IMG/VR virus record: IMGVR_UViG_3300025131_000022
Strand: one strand, 5' to 3'
From: an uncultured virus (IMG/VR IMGVR_UViG_3300025131_000022)
Lineage: Duplodnaviria; Heunggongvirae; Uroviricota; Caudoviricetes
Length of the DNA: 64,000 nucleotides
Below, piece by piece: positions 28,300 through 37,871 of this stretch (position 1 is its first letter; the number at the start of each line of letters is the position of its first letter). The translations under genes were made by a program, and so were the position numbers. Below the pieces are notes generated by a model. It was not told where the DNA came from. It saw nothing but the letters and a program-made list of their open reading frames with translations, and did not search any database.

Positions 28300-28351
28300 T
28301 ATATTAATTTTTTATTAGTTACTCTATTATAGTACAATAAGTGTACCAGGG

Positions 28352-28380
28352 GTTATACCTGACTTTTTGTCAGGTATAAC
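28352..28380. repeat. Perfect 12-bp inverted repeat in the sigma-gene leader
   Basis: GTTATACCTGAC-TTTTT-GTCAGGTATAAC. Confidence 0.9.
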
Positions 28381-28389
28381 ATACGAGTA

Positions 28390-28420
28390 CAAAGATAAAA
28401 AATTAATTTGTAACGAACAA
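28390..28420 (-). promoter_or_regulatory. Bacteroidota-type promoter TTG-N20-TATCTTTG
   Basis: Exact TAnnTTTG -7 box with upstream TTG. Confidence 0.7.
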
Positions 28421-28436
28421 GGATTTTAAAGATTTT

Positions 28437-28775
28437 TTAAATGCAGTAATTTTCTTTTACTAATTGTAAAGCTTCTTCAGCACTTTCATAACCTCTACCA
28501 GCACTAAAAATTTCTTTTTTTCCATCTAAATGCTCTATTATCATTACTGGTGTGTTATTTACTCTATCTGGAAAGTCTGTCGCAAGGTCGTGAAACTCCC
28601 ATCTATTCTCTCCAAATTCTTTATTAGTTACTGGGTCACCCGCGACCTTGTGGGTAATACATTTGTTGACATATTTTATAAGATTATCAGTGAATAATTG
28701 TTGTATCTCCTGACAAGTAGGACATACAGTTTCTGTCATAAGGGTTATTTTATATTTTGAGGTATCTAATTTCAT
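28437..28775 (-). CDS. Glutaredoxin/thioredoxin-fold protein
   Basis: CPTC motif and NTPVMII cis-Pro segment. Confidence 0.65.
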   Translation of the reverse strand: MKLDTSKYKITLMTETVCPTCQEIQQLFTDNLIKYVNKCITHKVAGDPVTNKEFGENRWEFHDLATDFPDRVNNTPVMIIEHLDGKKEIFSAGRGYESAEEALQLVKENYCI

Positions 28776-28781
28776 ATTTTA

Positions 28782-29336
28782 TTAATTAAAACTATTTAGG
28801 AATTCTTTTTCTTCTTTTGTTAGACTATCAATTCCATGGTCTATTATTTTATCCAATAAACTATCTATTGTCATTGGTAGGAGCTGTAGCTTTTTAATGG
28901 TATTATCTTTTTTAGAGAAATCAATATCTCTTTTTAATTTTTTTACTCTTTTATCGACGATAGATTTTAGTTGTTGACTTAAAATTTCTGCAATTTTCGG
29001 ATTTATGTGTTTATACCTTTTTTTGGGGCTTCCAAATAAATGGTTTTTAAGATTTTCGTCCAATCTAAAAAATAATTTTCTTGGTCTTGGTATTAAAAAT
29101 AATGTGTTGATATGAGGGCTTAGAAACTCTTTTAATACTTCTTCTATCTCTTCGAAAGGCATACGAGATTTTATACACATTATTATTACATGGTCTCCAG
29201 TTATAAATGTAAATTCTTCTTCAGCGACAATAGTTCCCATAACATCTTTAATGTTATTAACTACCTCGGTATTATTTTCTAGAGTGTTCCATTGTCCGAA
29301 CATAAATAAAAGATATTGTTTAACTCTTGGTTCCAT
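28782..29336 (-). CDS. Hypothetical protein with a C-terminal DUF6576-like helix
   Basis: IDSLLDKIIDHGIDSLTKEEKEFL. Confidence 0.65.
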   Translation of the reverse strand: MEPRVKQYLLFMFGQWNTLENNTEVVNNIKDVMGTIVAEEEFTFITGDHVIIMCIKSRMPFEEIEEVLKEFLSPHINTLFLIPRPRKLFFRLDENLKNHLFGSPKKRYKHINPKIAEILSQQLKSIVDKRVKKLKRDIDFSKKDNTIKKLQLLPMTIDSLLDKIIDHGIDSLTKEEKEFLNSFN

Positions 29337-29349
29337 ATAATATAAATAT

Positions 29350-31677
29350 TTATTTGAGCTTAGAAATATTATTTTCTTTATTAATAGTTACGATATTGTC
29401 TGCCCATTCTCTTACTAAAGGATTATGTGTTATTAAAAATATATTTTCAAAATACTCTTTGACTCGCTTAAAAAATACCCCTACTTGGTCTAGATTTTCA
29501 TTACTGACCTTCCCCAGTACCTCATCAAATACTGTTATATTCGGTCTAGGTAAACAAGATACTTTGGTTAATACTGTTCTAATAGCTAAAGACGCTAATG
29601 TTTTTTCAAACCCGCTTCCACTAGCTAAAAGTTTTTCTACATTTGTGTTGTTATCTACCATCCAGAATTCTACTTCATTTTTGTCATTAACTTTTATTTC
29701 TACCATAAAATTAGTAACATCCGATAATAACCTCATTAGTTCATTATTTAACTTAGGTACGACACTTTTAACTATAGTTTTTATAATACCATTCTTACCA
29801 AATACTGTTAAATAAGCCCTAAAAACTTTATTAACGTCATTCTCTTTTTTAATCTTATCTATCTTAATAATATGTTCAGAAACTAAAATATCAATATTTT
29901 TTATTCTATTACTATAAGTTTCTATTTCTCTAAAAAATTTATCCTTATTAGTTTCTAATATATCTAACTGTGAATTTAAACTTAATATTTTTTTCTCTAT
30001 CTCTGCATTCTTCTCTAACTTCTCTTTATTTTCTTTCCATTTTATTAATTTATCTTTTAATTTAGTAATAACTAATTCTTTTTGTCCTATTTCTAATACC
30101 AATCTTTCTTTTTTTAAAATCTCTTTTTCATACTCATAAAAAACTATTTTTTTAGATTCTAATAAATCAATTGATTTTTCTAATTTCTCTATAAGTTTAT
30201 TATTTTTATCTATAGTGGTAGTAAGTTTGGTTATTTTAGTCTTTAATTTTTTAATTTCGTTACTGTGGTCAACATCATCTAAATTTCTTTTACATAAAGG
30301 ACATATTTCAGATTCTTCTAATTCTTTCGTAGTTTTATTTACATTCCTCAAATTAGCGTTATCGGTAGTTTTCTCTAAAATTAATGTGTTGAGTTCTATT
30401 TTTTTATTTTTCAATAACTCTAAGTCTGCACTGTCTGGTTTTTCACTATCACCATACACAGTTAATTTTTTATTTAATAATTCTAAATCAGTGGTATGGT
30501 TAGTAATATTTTCTTTTATAAGACGAGGATTTACCTTTTGTATCTCTATCTCTATATCAGTGTTTTTTTGACTTATTAATTCGTCTCTAGAATTATTCTT
30601 TTTTTTAAGTTGGGTAACTATTGTGTTTAGTTCCTTTTGGTGATTTATGGTTATCTCTAATAGATTATCTTTTTCTTCCTGTGATGTTATTATTTCTTCT
30701 TTTAATTCTTCTGTATTATAGACATTAGAAATAAGTTTTTTGGACCATTCTGAGTACATTTTCTTACACACATCCTCTTTATCCTTTAAAATTTCTAATC
30801 CTATAAATCTACTTAGAATATTACCTCTTTCTGTGGGTTTTGAGTCTATCAGTGACTCTAGATTGCCTGCTGTGGACAGTACAGTTAGTAGAAAGTCATT
30901 CATTGTACCAATAGACTCTTTTATGAATTTCTCGGTTTCACGTCTTTGTTCTCCGGTAAAATTTTGTAAAGACCCATCTTTTTTTCTTTCTAAAAATTCT
31001 AAACTAGTACTAACTGACCAATCACCTTTTTTAGTTTTTCTTCTTTTAATTTTTCTAACTATTATATAATCATTACCATCTATTTCCACTTCTCCTTGCA
31101 CTAATACTTCATTAGATTTTCTAAATCTATTAAAGATGTCCATAGCTTTAGTTGTTTTAGTTGTGGTATTAAAAAATAAGAATAATATTAAATCTACCGC
31201 TAACACTGATTTACCTCCGAAGTTTGGGGGGTTGGAGTCGATTACAGTGATTCCACCTAATTTATTAAAATCTACTATGTTACCATCACCAAAGGATAGA
31301 AAATTAGAAAATTTTATATTTTTAATATAAACTCTTTTATATTTAGTATCTATTTCTAGTTCGTCAGATATTTTTGCATTTACTTTATCATCTAATCTTT
31401 TTAATAATTTAATATCTGCACCAATATCATTTGCCATTACAAATTGTGACATCAACTTTCTTTGATATATTGGGTCCATAACATTTTGTTCCAAGTCTAT
31501 ATCGAGTTCCTTACCAGATTTTCTATCAATTCCTCGAGTTAAAACCGTCACATTTTTAGAATTATACTTATTCTGGAAGTAACTCCTAACTCTTTTTATC
31601 CGTTCCTGAGTAAAATTTTCTGGTATATCATCCCATGTTACCTTAATAAATGGGTTTTCTAATTTATCTATTTCCAT
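29350..31677 (-). CDS. SbcC/Rad50/gp46-like ATPase
   Basis: FSNFLSFG, NFGGKS Walker A, CPLC zinc hook within coiled coil, ASGFE signature, FDE Walker B and LITH. Confidence 0.9.
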   Translation of the reverse strand: MEIDKLENPFIKVTWDDIPENFTQERIKRVRSYFQNKYNSKNVTVLTRGIDRKSGKELDIDLEQNVMDPIYQRKLMSQFVMANDIGADIKLLKRLDDKVNAKISDELEIDTKYKRVYIKNIKFSNFLSFGDGNIVDFNKLGGITVIDSNPPNFGGKSVLAVDLILFLFFNTTTKTTKAMDIFNRFRKSNEVLVQGEVEIDGNDYIIVRKIKRRKTKKGDWSVSTSLEFLERKKDGSLQNFTGEQRRETEKFIKESIGTMNDFLLTVLSTAGNLESLIDSKPTERGNILSRFIGLEILKDKEDVCKKMYSEWSKKLISNVYNTEELKEEIITSQEEKDNLLEITINHQKELNTIVTQLKKKNNSRDELISQKNTDIEIEIQKVNPRLIKENITNHTTDLELLNKKLTVYGDSEKPDSADLELLKNKKIELNTLILEKTTDNANLRNVNKTTKELEESEICPLCKRNLDDVDHSNEIKKLKTKITKLTTTIDKNNKLIEKLEKSIDLLESKKIVFYEYEKEILKKERLVLEIGQKELVITKLKDKLIKWKENKEKLEKNAEIEKKILSLNSQLDILETNKDKFFREIETYSNRIKNIDILVSEHIIKIDKIKKENDVNKVFRAYLTVFGKNGIIKTIVKSVVPKLNNELMRLLSDVTNFMVEIKVNDKNEVEFWMVDNNTNVEKLLASGSGFEKTLASLAIRTVLTKVSCLPRPNITVFDEVLGKVSNENLDQVGVFFKRVKEYFENIFLITHNPLVREWADNIVTINKENNISKLK

Positions 31678-31718
31678 ATGTAAAATATCGTATATTTATT
31701 AGTATAAATCAATATGAA

Positions 31719-32426
31719 GTGGAAATACAACTTACAGAAAAACAATACCAAGAATTAATAACGGAACAAGCGTGGGAATACGTACTTAAAAAGAAAATAA
31801 AAGCACTTGTTAAACGATTACAGAATCCAACAGCTCTAGATTTTCAAATTTTATCACGTTTAAGTAAGGAAAAGTTTGAAAAGGCCTTATCCTTTATTCC
31901 CGATTCATATAAAAAGAACAAGGATGCTCCAACACTATACCCTATACCTACTTTCTTAGGGTTACCTAAGTACATTAATAGTTGTTATGGTTTTAGAACA
32001 GCTACTGGTACTAATAGGATGCATTCAGGTATAGATATAGATACTACTGGAGTTTCAAATAATCAGCCTATAATCTCTGCATGTGCGGGTGTAATAACAA
32101 AAGCAAGTGATGGTGAGGGTGACTGTGGTGGTTTTATAAAACTACAGTGTAATAATGGTGATGCTGTAGGGTATTGTCATTTAAGAGTTGTTAATGAAAA
32201 TTTATATGGTTTAAAGGTACCTAAGGGTTTCCCTATTGGGATAACCGGTGGTGCAAAGTATGACCCGGGAGCAGGTAATTCTGGTGGTCCTCATTTACAT
32301 TATATAACCTGGAGAGGTGAGGATAAAATTAACCCTATAAATATGATTGAGGATGGTGGTACTATTCCTGCTGGTGGGAGGGAAAATAGAGCAGGTAAAT
32401 TCTGTGACCCAAACGCTAAAGGGTAG
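31719..32426 (+). CDS. M23 family metallopeptidase
   Basis: HSGID, YCHL and GPHLHY motifs; GTG start inferred (MEIQLTEKQYQELITEQ). Confidence 0.85.
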   Translation: MEIQLTEKQYQELITEQAWEYVLKKKIKALVKRLQNPTALDFQILSRLSKEKFEKALSFIPDSYKKNKDAPTLYPIPTFLGLPKYINSCYGFRTATGTNRMHSGIDIDTTGVSNNQPIISACAGVITKASDGEGDCGGFIKLQCNNGDAVGYCHLRVVNENLYGLKVPKGFPIGITGGAKYDPGAGNSGGPHLHYITWRGEDKINPINMIEDGGTIPAGGRENRAGKFCDPNAKG

Positions 32427-33456
32427 TTTCAAAATATCTTTTAAATATCTCTCCTTTATATTTCTCTAAACTACTATAAAGTTCTCCATCTTTATTTTCT
32501 CTGATATCTTTCATTAAAACTTCTATATCATTTTTAGTTTTCGGCATCAGCCCTATTAATACCTCTGTAGGTATATTGGCACTTTTCCAGTATTTAAAAG
32601 TTTGTCCATACCCTAAATTTACCCCTATATTTTTTCTTATTTTCATCTTAAATGATTTATTAAGGACTACAAGTGAGGCATACATCGCTTTATTAGGCGC
32701 TACATCTTTAATCTTAACTTCCAAATATTCCATGTTTTCGTCTTGGTGGGTGGTGAATTCTTCTTTCCTTTTCATCCCTACAAAAGTATTTTGAATTTCT
32801 ATAAACTTATCTTTATCTACTTTTGGATGATTTTTTCTTTGTAGTAGAATTGTAGACATGCCATCAAAATGAACATATTCTATTGGAATTTGTTTTATGT
32901 TTTTTCCTTGATTTAATATGTTTGCGGAAAACATCACATCTTCAAACCCCCAATAATAAGTTTCATCATATCCTCCCAAGGATAAAAATTTTTCTCTTTC
33001 TAATACAGTAGGAACTTCTTTAAGATATGATTTTTGTGTTATTATTTTATGTGGGGTTACATTTGTATGGAGTTCTGGTCCTACTGCATATACATCATCA
33101 TTTAGTTCACTAGTTAATTTTTCAACCCATTTATTATCTAGTATTTCACAGTCATCATGAAATAAAGCTATATATTTTTTAGTGGATGTTTTTACTCCAA
33201 GATTAAAAGCTTTTGGTAAATGATTGGGTAATGAATTTATTATCTTTATTCTTTTACTTATTACATTATTATATCCTTCATTTATTAAAATAGTTTTAAT
33301 ATTTTGTTCGGGACTATTATCTACTACTATAATCTCTACGTCCCACCCTATTGTGTTAGTGGTATTTAAAATGCTAAATAAGGTTCTCTCCTTGAGAAAT
33401 CTATTATTTAATCCATTTGTGATTACTATACACGAAATACTTTTATTTCTTACCAT
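32416..33456 (-). CDS. Glycosyltransferase family 2
   Basis: IIVVDN, AFNLG, FHDD and GGYDE...GFED. Confidence 0.85.
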   Translation of the reverse strand: MVRNKSISCIVITNGLNNRFLKERTLFSILNTTNTIGWDVEIIVVDNSPEQNIKTILINEGYNNVISKRIKIINSLPNHLPKAFNLGVKTSTKKYIALFHDDCEILDNKWVEKLTSELNDDVYAVGPELHTNVTPHKIITQKSYLKEVPTVLEREKFLSLGGYDETYYWGFEDVMFSANILNQGKNIKQIPIEYVHFDGMSTILLQRKNHPKVDKDKFIEIQNTFVGMKRKEEFTTHQDENMEYLEVKIKDVAPNKAMYASLVVLNKSFKMKIRKNIGVNLGYGQTFKYWKSANIPTEVLIGLMPKTKNDIEVLMKDIRENKDGELYSSLEKYKGEIFKRYFETTL

Positions 33457-34640
33457 CCTCCTTTAATACACTTAACTATATATTCTCTATCCTCTTTAGT
33501 TAGCCACCAACCTACTGGTATACAAATCATTTCATTAACTAACCTATCTAAATTAGGTAATTTTGTTTTATACTTAGAAACACAAGAATGTTTATCATTA
33601 CGTTCATGAATCCTACTAACCATAATTCCTTTTGATTCCATCATATCCATAAACCTTTTTTGGTGTTTTACTTTAAGTGTATATGTCCAATAAGTAGGGT
33701 TATTATCACCCTTATTTATTAATTTAATATTTTCTATATTTTTTAATTCTTTATCATAGTATTTAGCATTCTGTTTATGCTTTTCTATAATAGTTTTAAT
33801 GTGTTTAAAATTACTTAATCCTATAGTTGCTGCAATATCATTCATATGAAACTTAAACCCCCATTCCGATATATCGTTTTCACATCTAAAATCTTTTCTA
33901 TTATCTTCTCTATCTATTCCATACCATCTTAATAATTTAGCTCTTTTATAAAATTTATTATCTGGTAATATTAAACAACCACCATCAACGGTAGTTAAAT
34001 GCTTTATAGCTTGGAAACTATAAATCGTGAAATTATCGTATTTTGATGCTCCTAGTTTTTCTCCTTTATATTCTGACCCAAAACCATGTGCACAATCTTC
34101 AATAACAATAGGTCTAAACCCATATTTTTCTTTACATTTTTGTTTTATTATTTCTACTCTATCTAAATCTATTGGATTACCACCCCAATGTACTAGCATA
34201 ATTATTTTGGTTTTTTTGGATAATTTAGATTCCAAATCATCTAAACACATATTACATGTATCTCGGTCTACATCTACCCATTTTATATTTAAATTATTTG
34301 CTAATATTGGCCAATTAGTTGCTGTACACGTTAAAGGACAACTCAAAACTTCATCCCCTTTCTTTAGTCCAGGCCAGTCTGATAATTGTGGGGCATGAGT
34401 ATATGATGATTCTATATGAGTTACGGGATTTTTTAGTAAATGAAGTGTTAAATGTAGAGCTGAAGTAGCGGAATTTAATGTTATTAAATTATTATTATTA
34501 AAATAAGATTTTAATACTTTTTCAAATTTTTTAACTTGTGGGCCTTCCCCCACAAATCCAGACATCAATACTTTACCTACTTCTGTAGGTGCATCCGGCG
34601 ACATAAAAACTTTAAAAAGTGGTATTTGTACTTTATTCAT
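33450..34640 (-). CDS. DegT/DnrJ/EryC1/StrS sugar aminotransferase
   Basis: NSATSALHL, IEDCAH and SFQAIKHLTTVDGG (PLP lysine). Confidence 0.92.
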   Translation of the reverse strand: MNKVQIPLFKVFMSPDAPTEVGKVLMSGFVGEGPQVKKFEKVLKSYFNNNNLITLNSATSALHLTLHLLKNPVTHIESSYTHAPQLSDWPGLKKGDEVLSCPLTCTATNWPILANNLNIKWVDVDRDTCNMCLDDLESKLSKKTKIIMLVHWGGNPIDLDRVEIIKQKCKEKYGFRPIVIEDCAHGFGSEYKGEKLGASKYDNFTIYSFQAIKHLTTVDGGCLILPDNKFYKRAKLLRWYGIDREDNRKDFRCENDISEWGFKFHMNDIAATIGLSNFKHIKTIIEKHKQNAKYYDKELKNIENIKLINKGDNNPTYWTYTLKVKHQKRFMDMMESKGIMVSRIHERNDKHSCVSKYKTKLPNLDRLVNEMICIPVGWWLTKEDREYIVKCIKGGW

Positions 34641-34644
34641 ATGT

Positions 34645-34675
34645 AAAATATAAAATATTCTACAAGATAAATCAA
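34645..34675 (-). promoter_or_regulatory. Early promoter TTGATT-N17-TATATT
   Basis: The -10 hexamer ends 6 nt before ATG 34640. Confidence 0.6.
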
Positions 34676-34681
34676 ATTATA

Positions 34682-35014
34682 CTATAGAATTCCGGGGCCT
34701 TTATCTTCATCTTGGGGTTTGGTTTCTTCAAACCATTCTACCATAGCATTAATAGCCCAAACTGCACCGCTAGCTAACATTGCGTCAAAAAATATATTAG
34801 TATATGGTATAGTTATCATAGATAACGTTGGTGAATAAAATGCCAAAGAAAAGAAAGCTCCTACCCAGGTAGATGTACACATCATACATCCTAATAAATC
34901 ACCAAAGAACGTTGAGTGTTTGGTTATCCAATTTCTATGTTTCTCAAATATGCTCCCAAATACTAGTATTTGAGACATTCCGTATGCTGCTAAAATCCAA
35001 ATTATTAATTCCAT
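34682..35014 (-). CDS. DUF1360-like membrane protein
   Basis: SIFE..R...LLGCMMCTSTWVG. Confidence 0.65.
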   Translation of the reverse strand: MELIIWILAAYGMSQILVFGSIFEKHRNWITKHSTFFGDLLGCMMCTSTWVGAFFSLAFYSPTLSMITIPYTNIFFDAMLASGAVWAINAMVEWFEETKPQDEDKGPGIL

Positions 35015-35019
35015 AATAT

Positions 35020-35466
35020 TTAATCTAAGTATGTGTCTTCTAAATTAGAGGTTTTTAAGTATTGTGCTCTTCTATTTACTGTGACATGCTTAAAGTGTTC
35101 TAATACATCCTCCATTTTTTTTATTTCTTCTTTTTGTTGGTTTATCCTTAATTCTTTATTGGTTAAATCTTTCTTTAATATTTCCAACTCTTCTATCAAG
35201 TGGGTATCTTTTACCTCCTTGGTTACTATTTTTTCTACTATCACTTCTTTTTCTACTAGTATTTCTTTTATTACTTCTTTTACTATTTCCTTTTCTACCG
35301 GCACTTCTTGGATTTGAGATTTGGGTAAAAATGGTGCTACACCGTATTTGTCAAGGGTGAGACCATCTTTCGCACATTTTACAATAAAATGTGAAATATC
35401 TTCAATCTCGTTTAACTGACAATAGGCGTCAAAGTCTTTCTGTAATGGTTTATTAAGTTTAAGCAT
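35020..35466 (-). CDS. Hypothetical protein with VEKE/VIKE repeats
   Basis: 148 aa ORF. Confidence 0.6.
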   Translation of the reverse strand: MLKLNKPLQKDFDAYCQLNEIEDISHFIVKCAKDGLTLDKYGVAPFLPKSQIQEVPVEKEIVKEVIKEILVEKEVIVEKIVTKEVKDTHLIEELEILKKDLTNKELRINQQKEEIKKMEDVLEHFKHVTVNRRAQYLKTSNLEDTYLD

Positions 35467-36241
35467 TAGTTAAAATCTCTTTTTTATTTTCAATATCTTC
35501 AATATCTGTTATCCTAAAATTAAGATATGGTTGGGAATTATCAAGATTAAAAAATTTATATTTTTTTGTTTTAACATTATAAACTCCGTATCCATGATTT
35601 CTTACACTTTCACCGAAATTTTGAATTATGGTTGACCCTACCATATATACTTTTTTACCGCCTGGTATTTTAAATGTTTGTTTTTTATGTATATCTCCAG
35701 CAAATACTACATCACACTCTTCAAATCTATCTATACTAAAACCATCTTCAAATATAAAACCCAAATCGTTAGATGCCCCTTCTATTGGGCCGTGAAATAA
35801 CCCTATCTTATACTTATCAGTTTGTTCTGGTATATCCGGACTTACATTATGACTAGTTAATGAATAAACACACCATAATATATTATCGTCTTCATAACAA
35901 CCTCTATCTTTATAATATACTATATTTGGATTATTTAAACTATCTACAAGTGGTGAAATTGCATCCATTCTAGCCATGTTATTTTCCAAAAAATCATGAT
36001 TTCCAATGATATAAACACATTTACAAATATTTGCTGTTTCCGTCATTACCCAAGACATTAAATTTATTAATTCTGGAGTCATCTGATTTTTAGAATGAAC
36101 GAAGTCTCCTGTAAAAACTATTCTATCTGGTTTAATTTTTTTCCATTCTGAAATAGCTTGCTCTATAATTTTCTTATCTCTATTATGTTGTTTATAAAGT
36201 TTTAAATGTAAATCTGAATAATGTATAATTTTTTCAACCAT
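35459..36241 (-). CDS. SbcD/Mre11/gp47-like metallophosphoesterase
   Basis: SDLH, GD, GNHD, FHG and GDIH motifs; QNFGE. Confidence 0.9.
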   Translation of the reverse strand: MVEKIIHYSDLHLKLYKQHNRDKKIIEQAISEWKKIKPDRIVFTGDFVHSKNQMTPELINLMSWVMTETANICKCVYIIGNHDFLENNMARMDAISPLVDSLNNPNIVYYKDRGCYEDDNILWCVYSLTSHNVSPDIPEQTDKYKIGLFHGPIEGASNDLGFIFEDGFSIDRFEECDVVFAGDIHKKQTFKIPGGKKVYMVGSTIIQNFGESVRNHGYGVYNVKTKKYKFFNLDNSQPYLNFRITDIEDIENKKEILTNA

Positions 36242-37107
36242 TATTTTCTTTTTCTTAAATCATTAAAATTTATTTGTGTGTCTATTTTAAAACGTGTAAG
36301 TATTAAACTTATTAAAAGTGTGCTACACCCCAAAATTAAAAACTCGTAAAAATAATTGGATAATAGATGGTATATATAATATAATAATACACCAACCACA
36401 ATCATATTTCTATAATTATAATATAATGTTACTATCCATTCATAGACACGTTTTGATTTATTATATATAGGTTTTAAAATTTTAAACGGATGTACTTGGT
36501 CAACCCTATTGAAGTTAGGGTCTGGAATAATCCGTAAGGTTAAAAAGATAGTTATGCATACTAACATAAGGGGTAAAAACATATACCCTATAAAAAATAT
36601 AAAAGCCGGATAATATAGAAAAGGTATTGTTCCAAACGCGTGTGATATCTTACCTAGAAACCCCTTTTCACTTGGAAAAACTTTTCCTTGTTCTAATGTT
36701 TTTTGTTCCTCTTCAGTTGTTCCTATATTTAAATGGTTAACTGTTATTTCATAATCATCACCATATATTTCTTTTAATAAATAAGTTCTATGATTTCCAT
36801 TTCTTGCTCTATATGGTTGGTCTGTATTTGGGTAGAGTGTTTCTATTTCAATATACCCATATTTTTCTGGATTATACCCATTTTCTGTTAAACTTTTTTT
36901 AAGGACTCTATATTTGCGACTTGCAAGTGAAATTCTGATGCCAAAGGCCCTTTTAATTATCTTTTCTAACCATCTACGTATAAAACTTGGTTTAAACGCT
37001 GCCCATGTATGTTTAATTTCTCCTACCTTTACTTTTTTTAGGTGTGAGATGATTGGCCCATACATCTCTTCTTCCATTTTTTTTACAAAATCATATCTAT
37101 CCGCCAT
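36241..37107 (-). CDS. ParB/Srx-like domain fused to TM helices
   Basis: SLTENGY...RNGNHR; four hydrophobic segments in the C-half. Confidence 0.5.
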   Translation of the reverse strand: MADRYDFVKKMEEEMYGPIISHLKKVKVGEIKHTWAAFKPSFIRRWLEKIIKRAFGIRISLASRKYRVLKKSLTENGYNPEKYGYIEIETLYPNTDQPYRARNGNHRTYLLKEIYGDDYEITVNHLNIGTTEEEQKTLEQGKVFPSEKGFLGKISHAFGTIPFLYYPAFIFFIGYMFLPLMLVCITIFLTLRIIPDPNFNRVDQVHPFKILKPIYNKSKRVYEWIVTLYYNYRNMIVVGVLLYYIYHLLSNYFYEFLILGCSTLLISLILTRFKIDTQINFNDLRKRK

Positions 37108-37870
37108 TTTTCATTATTTTTAATATTTCTTCTCTAAAATCATAACATTTTATAATTTTATATGTTTCATTATTTTCATTAAACCAAACTATATACGATT
37201 CTCCTAATTTTAAATCCGTATTTCTTTCTAATATTAATCTATAAAAAGAAAGTTGTAATGAATATGTGTTCATTTCACATACATCTAAATGTGAAAGAGG
37301 CTTTTTAAATTGTTGCCATTTATTATTTTTCTTTATTTCTTTATTAGTTTTCCAATCCCATATTTCTAAAGTTCCTGATTTTTCATTATAGAATAGTTGG
37401 TCAATCATTCCTGTTACACCCCATTCTTCATCACCAATAACAACCTCTGCTCTAACAGGTATTAATTTTCCATGAGAATCGTCATAGAATTTTTTAAACA
37501 TCTCTATAATCTTAAATACACCTTCTTTACATTCTAACATCTTTTCTTTATCACCTAAGACATTAGTTATTTTATATTCTGGAAATGGAAATACTTTATT
37601 CGTTAGGTAATTTTCCGCAAACTCATGAAAAGCGGAACCTCTTTCACAAGAAAAATCTGATTTATATTTCCATTCCTTTAGTATCTCTTCTTTTGTTATA
37701 CCTCTTTCATCAGCTTTCTTTTGTGACCAATACTCTTTATCAAAAGGGTGTTTATATTGTCCTATTATAGAAGTTACGGATTTAGTTTTAATTCCGTCTA
37801 AATAATAAACATGTTCTTTATCATGAAATTTAATATTGTTAAACTTAGCTAATTCTTTAATTATTTTCAT
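37097..37870 (-). CDS. PD-(D/E)XK exonuclease
   Basis: SVTS, RGSAFH, GMIDQLF, DWKT and YSLQLSFY. Confidence 0.85.
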   Translation of the reverse strand: MKIIKELAKFNNIKFHDKEHVYYLDGIKTKSVTSIIGQYKHPFDKEYWSQKKADERGITKEEILKEWKYKSDFSCERGSAFHEFAENYLTNKVFPFPEYKITNVLGDKEKMLECKEGVFKIIEMFKKFYDDSHGKLIPVRAEVVIGDEEWGVTGMIDQLFYNEKSGTLEIWDWKTNKEIKKNNKWQQFKKPLSHLDVCEMNTYSLQLSFYRLILERNTDLKLGESYIVWFNENNETYKIIKCYDFREEILKIMKNGG

Positions 37871-37871
37871 T

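Noticed and set aside
37097..37870. Cas4 or CRISPR association of the PD-(D/E)XK nuclease
   Set aside because: No four-Cys Fe-S pattern and no array; the context is a replication cluster
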